NCBI GenBank assembly: GCA_963693365.1
Contig: CAVNZM010000017.1
Location: 4,321,375-4,385,374, forward strand
DNA length: 64,000 nucleotides
From: Amoebidium appalachense
Taxonomy: Eukaryota > Protista > Ichthyosporea
Direction of reading: 5' to 3'
Position numbers and translations under genes: made by a program
Notes under the pieces: model-generated
The model's input: the letters and a program-made list of their open reading frames with translations, nothing else
What the model was told of the DNA's origin: nothing
Database searches by the model: none
Part shown: positions 55,156 through 64,000 of the stretch, in pieces
How the letters are laid out: each line of letters begins with the position of its first letter
Numbering within the stretch: the first letter of the stretch is position 1

Positions 55156-56089
55156 TGGGGGATTGGCGTGCAAATGTGCACGAGTGTGATATCTTTGTGT
55201 CGTGTGTGTCGTGTCGTGTGTGTGTGTGTGTGTGTGTGTTGGACCATAGCGGGGAGCTTTAGCTGGGACCGTGTTTTCTCCTTCCTTTCCCTTTCCTCCT
55301 CCCCTTTTCCTTTTTCCACACAATTCTTCCTTGCTTTTCTCTCTCTCCTTCTGAAATTTCATTCATTTATCCAATAGACCACCAAAAATGAAAGTTTCAT
55401 TCATTTATCTAATAGACCACCAAAAATAAAAAAAATAAAAAAAAAGGAAACACACATGGCTTTGGATGCATGCGAGGGAAGGGCAGGGGGTCCTACCCGT
55501 AGACTGTAAGGGCCCACACCCACACCGGCGCTATTTGTGTCCCACACAGCAGTGTTTGTTCGGTCATACAGAACCATGTTGCCATCTGTCTGTAGCCGCA
55601 ACTGTGTGAAAAAAAGAAAAAAAGTTGTCAATGACATGTGCCTTTAAAAAATACAACGTTAAGTGAATATTCAGCATTCACTTGTGCCATAAAAAAAAAC
55701 ACAACCCTAAGCGAATACTCAGCATAGGTGTGGAGACGTGCGGGTTTTTCTTTTGTTAGCAAATGCACAAAGGTTGCCTAAGTTGAACCCTAGCCCTCCT
55801 TAGCTTTCTTTTGCAAATTACTCCTTGCTCCTTTTATGATGCGATACTTTCCTTTTATTATCATTTAGTTTCTCTCCAACTCCCTTTCCCCACCCTTACC
55901 TTTATGTCTGTGTCGTGTGTGTCTGTGTGTGTGTCTGTATGTGCGCGTGTGCATGTGTTTGTCTTTTTTTTGGGGGGGGGGGTGGGGGAGGGGGGGAGGG
56001 GGGGGGGGGGGGTAACATACAGTGTATCCACAACCACCCTGCAGGAATTGTCCCTCCTCCAACGTCTGCCCAAGCTTAAGGGCGGCCAT
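54835..56089 (-). CDS. Bulb-type (GNA/B) lectin, 133 aa; exons 56089-56021, 55601-55497, 55062-54835
   Basis: QTDGNMVLY matches QxDxNxVxY; degenerate repeats MSNDGSAQLF and VLKDGNVVV, each followed by a Trp motif; two phase-0 GT-AG introns; no signal peptide. Confidence 0.85.
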
Positions 56090-56406
56090 GGGAAACTTCT
56101 CGAGGTAGCCGGCAAGGTCGCTGACAGATGTTTTACTGGGAACGGTGTGACCTATCGGGAGGCAGTGTTAAAAATTACAATCACAAAATGAAAGCCTGAA
56201 AGCCTGATTTAGTGAAAAACATTTTTGGTCTTTAGAAGTACACATGCGCACGTGAACACAGTCTGATCTATGGGGGATTGTTTTCTTTGCGAGAAAGTTT
56301 TTGAGGTTACACACGTGTGCTTATTTTGTTTCATGTGCGTGAATGTGTACGTCGTTGGCTCTTCAAGGTCTTACAAGCACACATGCACCAATATTTTTAA
56401 AGGACA

Positions 56407-58080
56407 CTACACACCTTGTGGGGTAGCAAGAGCGCCCGTAACACCCCGAAGAAAAGTGTTCTGGTGGCTGGCAAACACAGCCCCCGGGTCTTTCTGAACC
56501 TGAGGCTTCTTCACCGCTGCTCTAACAATCGTGCCTGTGCCCCACGGATTTTTGTTTCTTTGCCCAGAGTTCCCCCCACCGTTAACGAAAGTTGAACCGC
56601 TGCTCGGATACAAACTCGTAAACCCGGGGTTACTTCCGTAATTCTGTTGCCCACTCAACGTGTTTGTTCCAGGATAGACGTTTTGCGGTGAGGAGATTGG
56701 GTTCGTCCACACGTTACTTCCCGTATTCCCGGTGTCTCCCGTGCCAGGATAATAATGAGTACCACTTCCAGAATTACCGGAACCTGAAGACCCCGGCCAA
56801 GAAACAGAAGGGGTACTACTCTGCGTATTTGTTCCGGGTTGGACAACGTTTTGTGGTGAGGAGATAGGATTCATCCACACGTTACCTCCCGTATTCCCGG
56901 CGTTTCCCGTGTTCGACCAAGAAGGAGAAGGGGTACTACTTCCAGAATTACCGGAACCTGAAACAGAATTACCGGAATTCATATTCGAAAGATCGACTAC
57001 GCCAACCCCAGTGGCAGGCGCTTTCGGTTTCTTCGTTGTTTGCGGGGCTGTTGCTGGGTAGTTGACATCTCCAACTGCTGATGGAGGAATATTTGTAACC
57101 CCAAAAGAAGGAGGAGGAGGTGGTGGGGCTACATATACGTTGGCGGGTGTGGGTGCGGGTGAGGGTGAAACCGAAACTGGTTTGGTTTGTTGTGGTGAAG
57201 GGGCTGGGGAGGGGGATCCGCTAGTAGGTCCATCATCACACACTCCCGGTGGAGGCGGTCTTTGGCAGATGATGTCTTCAAAACATTGTTCTGGCGTTTG
57301 GGTGGGCCCGCAGCAGTATTCCGGCCAAGAAACAGAAGGGGTACTACTCTGCGTATTTGTTCCGGGTTGGACAACGTTTTGTGGTGAGGAGATAGGATTC
57401 ATCCACACGTTACCTCCCGTATTCCCGGCGTTTCCCGTGTTCGACCAAGAAGGAGAAGGGGTACTACTTCCAGAATTACCGGAACCTGAAACAGAATTAC
57501 CGGAATTCATATTCGAAAGATCGACTACGCCAACCCCAGTGGCAGGCGCTTTCGGTTTCTTCGTTGTTTGCGGGGCTGTTGCTGGGTAGTTGACATCTCC
57601 AACTGCTGATGGAGGAATATTTGTAACCCCAAAAGAAGGAGGAGGAGGTGGTGGGGCTACATATACGTTGGCGGGTGTGGGTGCGGGTGAGGGTGAAACC
57701 GAAACTGGTTTGGTTTGTTGTGGTGAAGGGGCTGGGGAGGGGGATCCGCTAGTAGGTCCATCATCACACACTCCCGGTGGAGGCGGTCTTTGGCAGATGA
57801 TGTCTTCAAAACATTGTTCTGGCGTTTGGGTGGGCCCGCAGCAGTATTCTTTGAGCAAACATGCTTTATCGTATGTTGGACATGCACTAAAACATTCTTT
57901 CATTGCGTTTGGTCTGCAGCAATTACCGGAACCTGCTGGACATGGGTCAATAACGCAGTCGGAGCCCTGAGGGATAGATTGGCGGCGGTCTCGGAGGAAT
58001 GTGACGCCGAATGACGGGACTGCAAGTGTGAGATTTATGTGGGCTATACCCAAAACTATAAGGGGGAAAGAGAGGTTCAT
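56407..58080 (-). CDS. Secreted Cys-rich / Pro-Ser-Gly-rich mucin-like protein (557 aa)
   Basis: Signal peptide MNLSFPLIVLGIAHINLTLA; Cys-rich head; S/P/T/G/N-rich repeats; single long ORF. Confidence 0.75.
   Translation of the reverse strand: MNLSFPLIVLGIAHINLTLAVPSFGVTFLRDRRQSIPQGSDCVIDPCPAGSGNCCRPNAMKECFSACPTYDKACLLKEYCCGPTQTPEQCFEDIICQRPPPPGVCDDGPTSGSPSPAPSPQQTKPVSVSPSPAPTPANVYVAPPPPPPSFGVTNIPPSAVGDVNYPATAPQTTKKPKAPATGVGVVDLSNMNSGNSVSGSGNSGSSTPSPSWSNTGNAGNTGGNVWMNPISSPQNVVQPGTNTQSSTPSVSWPEYCCGPTQTPEQCFEDIICQRPPPPGVCDDGPTSGSPSPAPSPQQTKPVSVSPSPAPTPANVYVAPPPPPPSFGVTNIPPSAVGDVNYPATAPQTTKKPKAPATGVGVVDLSNMNSGNSVSGSGNSGSSTPSPSWSNTGNAGNTGGNVWMNPISSPQNVVQPGTNTQSSTPSVSWPGSSGSGNSGSGTHYYPGTGDTGNTGSNVWTNPISSPQNVYPGTNTLSGQQNYGSNPGFTSLYPSSGSTFVNGGGNSGQRNKNPWGTGTIVRAAVKKPQVQKDPGAVFASHQNTFLRGVTGALATPQGV
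56793..57849. repeat. Perfect in-frame tandem duplication, 2 x 528 bp
   Basis: Units start ccggccaagaaac at 56793 and 57321; identical translations. Confidence 0.92.
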
Positions 58081-58854
58081 TGTAACGGTTGGCTGTAAAC
58101 ACGTATGTAGGCAAGGTTGATTGAGCGGTCCAAAAGGGCAAGCGTTTGTTGTGCTGAGCTATTGTGGGCTGTGTCACGGTAAATCAAGCTGTTGCCTTAC
58201 TGTATGTAGAAACGGTCTGGCAGGCTATGTATGAACACCTTTCTTGCATGTGAGTGTGTAGGCCTACATGTGTGTGTTCGTGTGTGTCACGGTGCGGAGT
58301 CTGCGGACACGGTGTGTGTGTGCAAGAGTGTGTGGAAGAGAGATGCAAAAATTGTGCATTCACGAGATCTGATTGGTTACAGCGATAGGATCGATCAGGG
58401 GCTGTGGGATTCAAATCGTATTGGGCAAATTCCGGGGATGTTGACACCCCTCATTTTCGTATTTACTAATTGAATGCAAGTGTTAATCGTATTGATGGGG
58501 TCTTCCTTACCCGTAAATACGACAATTTGGACTCAGAATTCAACCCCTGGTATCGATCTTCACCAGAATCAAGCTTTGTCAGTCAATGTTCACTTTGTCT
58601 GCATTTGAAGTCTTGGCCGTGTAAAGAGAGTCCGTCGAATGAAGAGAAACTCTATGATGCACAGTAATCATACGTATCTGCGAGCAAACGTACCATTACA
58701 TTTGTATCATTTTATTGTTGTGCTATCAAGAATTCTAGTGTGATTCAGGTTTTGCCCGGCTGAGACGCTGTTTGTTGTGAAATTCCTGCCTGTGGGTCAC
58801 AACCAATCAACTGCTGCGTTTACATTTTGAGAAACGTCCCCTAAAACTTATTCT

Positions 58855-59475
58855 ATGGCTGATAGATATCTTTTTACTCTACGTGTTGAGTCCCTTCCGG
58901 TGTTAGGACCGCACAAACACCAACTACTAGTAGCCTATATGGCGGATACGGTTAGAGAGTCTCGTTCATACATAGATTCGTTTATTCGTAATGTGGTGTG
59001 GTGTAAAAACGCAAAGATGATTATGGCTTGGCGGTGTAATCGGTTTCTGGTGTCTCCTGCTCGTATGTGTAATATGTGTGGGGGGCGGTTTACTCGCGGC
59101 TGCATATCTATCAATAAATGCAACCTGTTAGCTAATGTATTAGAACCGGAGGTTATTGGCGGTTTTATTCTCTTTTCTTCATCTCTTCCTCAATATATCC
59201 GTTTTAAGATGACTATCCTAGATCACCTTATTAATGCTGCACAGTATGATATTGTGATCCGGTGCCTTAACTTTCTGTCGGAGCTACCGATGCTAGCATC
59301 TGCTTACCCATAATATGTAATAGGGGTGTCAGATCCTACGATGGCGCTCATTGTTGCCTAGCATGTACATATGTCACTGGCTGCATTTGATTGGCTGTGC
59401 TGGAAAACGCAGTAGGCCGTCGAATGTGGCTGGGCCTCCGGCAATGTCCACGCAATAAAAAGTGTGTAAACCCCA
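58855..59475 (+). mobile_element. 3' fragment of LINE family B
   Basis: 152-aa ORF aligning to the C-terminus of the LINE ORF at 49465-51009; copies at 18828 and 30820. Confidence 0.78.
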
Positions 59476-59531
59476 ACCCATGTACCGAGATGTCGGTTTT
59501 TTTTTTTTTTTGAGAAAATTTTCTTTTTCTT

Positions 59532-59710
59532 TTGACTCGGGTTTATTGATCCGTTGATAAAGGCAACGTGCAGCCACAGGCTACATAACCACCAATAGAA
59601 CTGAAAAAGCCAAAGCTACGAAATAAAAATAAAGTGACAAGTGACAAAGGACACCAGCGGGCAAAACCTTAAGTGTACGTGTATGCGTGCGTGAAACTAG
59701 TTTGCTCCAA
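59532..59710 (+). repeat. Short dispersed repeat, copy 1
   Basis: aggcaacgtgcagccacaggctacat ... aaggacaccagcgggcaaa ... gtgaaactagtttgctccaa shared with 60767-60995. Confidence 0.75.
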
Positions 59711-60017
59711 ATTAATAATATTGTGGACTCCTATGGTTTCACTAGATTGGGATTAGGGGCTAGCTTAACTTAAATAAAGTTACAAACGGATAGGCCGCAC
59801 AACGCATTATAAGCGGTATCTGTGAAATTTATTTCTTTGGGTAAGTATTGATTCTAAGGGTTCACTTTCTATCGCTATATATGTATGTATATACAATGTT
59901 GACCAGGGCAGCCCCCCCAATATTCGAATAAAGAATACTCCCACAACAAAAAAGTTGTAGGAGACAGCAGTAATCTGAAATGGTAGTCCAATCGTTTTGT
60001 AGAAATGGTGTGCTGAG

Positions 60018-60348
60018 CAGAGATGGAGCGGTCTAGCCTAGTCAGCCCGGACTAGCCCGAAAAACATTCGGGGGGGGGGGCTGATTAGCCCCAGCCCGAA
60101 AACTAAACGGGTTGGGCTAAGGGTGTTTGGGCTGGGACCCCCCTGTAATCCCCCCTCAACCACCAAATAGTAACCCCCCAGGAGACCAAAACCCCTTCTA
60201 AACCCCCCTCCTTATATGTCGTTTGCGCAAACAGACCTGCCATATAAGGTAGGTCAGCTGGCCCAACCCAACCCATTTCCAGCCCGAAACTTTTGCGGGT
60301 TGGGCTGACCCAGCCCAGCCCGGCCCAAAACCGGCCGCACCATCTCTG
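60018..60348. mobile_element. hAT-family MITE (331 bp)
   Basis: TIRs CAGAGATGGWGCGG; perfect 8-bp TSD GTGCTGAG (60010-60017, 60349-60356); AGCCC/GGGCT subterminal repeats. Confidence 0.92.
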
Positions 60349-60766
60349 GTGCTGAGGGCAGATCTGATTCGTGAAAATCGCACCAGTCCCCCACAAACAC
60401 ATGTACATACCTGGTTCCTGTTGCTTTTTCATACTCACGCATATTTGAATTTTTTCCTTGAAGGTGTGTGAGAGCATGTACTGTAGCAAACCACAAAGGT
60501 CAATATGCGTTTTCCAACAATATGCCCTTAAATCAAAAAAACAGTCACGCTTATAGATGTCTGTACCACATTAGAATCCATTTTGCCCGGATCTAATATG
60601 TTATTTTGAATTTGAAATTTTGGTAGTAGGTTTGCGATGTGAAGTTTGCAGGGGGAAAAAAAAAAAAAAAAAAAAAAAAAAGTGTCCTGCCAAGTGGGGC
60701 TAGGGAGAAAAAAGCTGTTTATGTTACTCCCCAAAAAAGTTGTTCAATTGCAATGCAAGTTTTCTC

Positions 60767-60995
60767 TTGACTGGGATTTATTGATCGGTGGTCCAGTGGA
60801 TATGAAGGCAACGTGCAGCCACAGGCTACATGACCACCAAAATAACCGACTTCGAAAGAGCCACAGCGAGTGTCCACGCAATAAAAAGTGTGTAAACCGC
60901 AGCGATGAAACAAAAAATAAAACAACAAGTGACCAAAGGACACCAGCGGGCAAAGGTACAAATGCACGTGTATGCGTGAAACTAGTTTGCTCCAA
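60767..60995 (+). repeat. Short dispersed repeat, copy 2
   Basis: Copy of 59532-59710 with an extra internal block shared with the LINE B 3' UTR. Confidence 0.75.
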
Positions 60996-61849
60996 CTAGT
61001 CATATGCAGCGATGATGACCAGGCCACACTCCGCAAGAAGACATCATTACTGCTGCCCCCCAACAGGCCCCCCTCAAAACCTACCGGGGCACAGCAAGCA
61101 AGTCAGCCCTTTAAAGAGCAATGCAAACCAAATCCGAGCGAGAAAACAATCCCTACGGGCCCGTCCCCTAGAATACCCGCAGAAGCTGTCTCTAACTCTT
61201 TGATAAGGTGGCCTAGTTGTGGCAGGACACACAGGAAAACACACCTACAGAATGCATGCAAGCAAACCCAGTCATTGCCATACTGCTGAAGGCTGAAAAC
61301 ACGGCAGCCACAAGGAAAGCTCCTCGACGACCCAGTAGCTACCCCTCCACTCATGCAGCGCAGAAGCAATTGAAGAAGTTGCAGCAGCCCACTGCCAATA
61401 GCTCGCGTAGAAGCGTAGATAGCGTGTAGAAGTCACCGTAAGTTGCAGTGGGCCACCAGATATCGAAGAAACCACTCCTCAAGCGAGAAACTCCGCGGAA
61501 GGGAGATGTCCCCACACTCTCACAGCAGTAGGAATAGACAAGGCCGCACTACACACACACAGTGTCACGTTCCCCTGAGTGGGACCCCTTCCCACCACAA
61601 AAAGAAAAAACGAAAGCCTTTATATACCTGCCATGGTGAAGAATCGGGAAAAAAAAGTTGACGTGACAGCTAAGAGATCGAAGTAAAAGTGAAGTCCCAT
61701 GCAAGTTGTGTAGCTTTTCTTTTTGGGGACAGAACTTAGAAGTGATGCACCTGGCCATGGCTTGGACGTAGCAAAGGTCACGCAAAAACATAATTCTTTT
61801 GTGATATTCGTACATGGTGATTTTATGTGTGAAATTGAGTGGATTGAGT

Positions 61850-61962
61850 GGGGATGATTTAAATGTTTTGCAAGTGGGTGCTCAAGTTGTGCCATCAGAA
61901 GTCACAGGTGTCGAGTAGGTGATGTTGCGTCTTACTATCGGAAGGGCAGGAGCAGGAGTGCC
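61850..61962 (-). pseudogene. Relic of a LINE ORF2 C-terminal CCHC finger
   Basis: Minus strand reads HSCSCPSDSKTQHHLLDTC, followed by stops. Confidence 0.35.
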
Positions 61963-62623
61963 GTGGGGAGGGGAAGGGTTACTGGAGAAGAGGGTAAATC
62001 TGGGGGAAGGGTTAAATGCATGGGGAATTGTTGGCAGGAGGAGAGGATAATTCTGGGGGAAGGTTTGAAAAATTGCATGATAGAAAGTTTAGTTTTGCTG
62101 GTGGTATGTCAGGAAAATGTCAGGGCGTGCTGTGCCGGTGGTGGATGTTTCTATCTCAAATTCCCCTTTCTGGTACCGGCGAGGAAGTATGTGGCGTTCA
62201 TTTTCACGATACAAGACTTTGCTTCAGACATGTATCCTGCATACCACGCCCACACACATACTCTCTCTAGCATTCTGTTTCCCAGCAAACACACAAAGTT
62301 CTCTATCAGCTCGCTCGCTGTCACACTAAGTCTTGCTCTCGCCTGTGTCCTTTCACCTCGAGCTCCTTCTGAATGACATCACTGCGTGGCTATGGCTGCT
62401 AACCGGTATTTAATATACGCTTTTCGGACAGTGAACACCATCATTTCTAGCGTGACCAGTAAAGTTACAGCACAATTATTCTTCAAATAACCGCAACTAG
62501 GCCAAGCAGCTCCCCTGTGAGTCTCACGTTAGTTGTGCACAGCTTAAGTGTATTTTTCTTACAGATGCATTCCCTCTCTGCCCCCCCCCCCCCCCCCCCC
62601 CCCCTTCTCCCCCCCTCTCTCCG

Positions 62624-62666
<43 letters not shown>

Positions 62667-62673
62667 CCTCCCT

Positions 62674-62762
<89 letters not shown>

Positions 62763-63049
62763 TGTGTGTTTGTGTGTGCCTGTTTGTGTGCGTGCGTGTA
62801 CACGTGCTGTATGTGACGTATTTGGTTCTATTAACATGTGCACGCCCGTGGCATCAGCATGTGTGCGCTTTTTTATATATTTATTTTCCTGCTTTTACTC
62901 CCCGGCAAATCCTTGCATGCCCACGTTTCGCAAAGGAAGTGTGGATTGCTTGCTAGTTAAAAACGTCCAACATTTTGAAAAAACGAGAAGGAGAGAGCTT
63001 CAAGAATCAAGCACTTTGGAGTCTCTGAGCTACTCTCACCCCCTCCCTC

Positions 63050-63360
63050 ATATTATTCTTCCTTCTACTTACTGCGGCAACTTTAACCGCCGGCCTCTCG
63101 TACTGCCCTCGTCTGTTGCCTGCCCGCATATGTAGCCTAACCCTGCTCGTCTCGGATCACGACTGGGTGGCCCACCCATGTTCAAGTGGAACAAGTATCT
63201 GAGTTGGGCTACGTTGACGAGGTGAACGGGACGAAGCTCGGGACAGTGTGGATGACGTGGCCCCTCCCCCTGAGGATGGACCCTGCTTATTATGCATACT
63301 ATTTATGTGTGGTTTGCACTGTGCATCGTGCTGTCCGTTGTTTATGTGTACTTCGTACTT
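63050..63360 (+). repeat. Dispersed ~300-bp repeat, copy of 1587-1880
   Basis: Aligns by eye to the reverse complement of 1587-1880. Confidence 0.8.
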
Positions 63361-63372
63361 AATAGCGCATGC

Positions 63373-63403
<31 letters not shown>

Positions 63404-64000
63404 TTCCCAAAAAAAAAAATAAAAAAAAATACACACGTAGGGGCAATCGGTCAAGGCCTTCTAAAATGTGTAAATACTGTACTGTGGCTCGTTTTTGTTT
63501 TAATAAGCCTGTCGTAAAAAAACATTATTATTAAACAACAAAAAAAGTAGTAATATAGTCCTGAGAATAGTCTTCTGTATGTAATTCCTCTTCTTCTTCT
63601 TCGTCTATTTGTGTTCCTTCGAAAGTTTGAACTTTGAAGTTCCACGGGAACGGATTGAGCCAGTCAATCAAACGTATTTTTGGCGCGAAAAGCAAGCCAA
63701 TCAAAACGAGCACGATTCTTTGGCCCTCCCCGCAGCTTCCCGCTTTCAGAGCGCGAACATAACTTCAGCATACACTTGGGTTATAGTTGCTAGTATGTAT
63801 TAGGCTTTATTGTTATGTGTTTTGTGGAAAACTCCTTACGAGGGAGAAGAAAGAGATAGAGACGAGCCAAGGGAAGTTGACACGTGTATATGCTGTGAAC
63901 GCTCGCTGATCACACGAAAAACATGATCGGCTTGTAGCAAAACATATAGACTAAGTTGTGTTTATTGTAAAGTGAAAAAAATGGCACCTACAGCGGCGGG

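Noticed and set aside
61200-61650. RLE-type LINE 3' end (PSCGRTHRKTHLQNAC, VEVTVS)
   Set aside because: Motifs are fragmentary and in different frames; too degenerate to call
63255-63285. U6 snRNA-like TGGCCCCT...GGATG
   Set aside because: No ACAGAGA box or other U6 sequence; part of a dispersed repeat

Overview
Eukaryotic, repeat-rich window with many (CA)n/(GA)n microsatellites and G/C homopolymers; most short ORFs in the track are low-complexity artefacts, and the host taxon cannot be fixed from this sequence. 2-16 kb is a nested retroelement cluster. It holds a 3'-truncated Ty1/copia element (half-tRNAiMet-type PBS) cut by a TRIM with the same termini and PBS, and an APE-RT LINE interrupted by a young Gag-only LTR element (TSD GCGTC) that carries an inverted, internally deleted copy of itself (TSD AGAAA). 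That Gag-only family has no TGG-type PBS: the 12 nt after its 5' LTR (AGCTACACCCCC) are the exact complement of the 5' end of typical eukaryotic tRNA-Ala (GGGGGUGUAGCU). This suggests priming by a short 5' tRNA fragment and is the strongest candidate for an undescribed mechanism here. Host genes: last exon of a probable NDUFB10, two convergent intronless 8-TM class-C-GPCR-like paralogs, an exon with a doubled His/Cys motif, a 3-exon secreted EGF + ZP-module-like protein, a 3-exon bulb-type lectin, and a secreted Cys/Pro-rich protein with a perfect 528-bp internal duplication. Also present: solo LTRs, LINE fragments, CACTA-like ends and a hAT MITE. All family calls come from motif recognition by eye, not from database searches.
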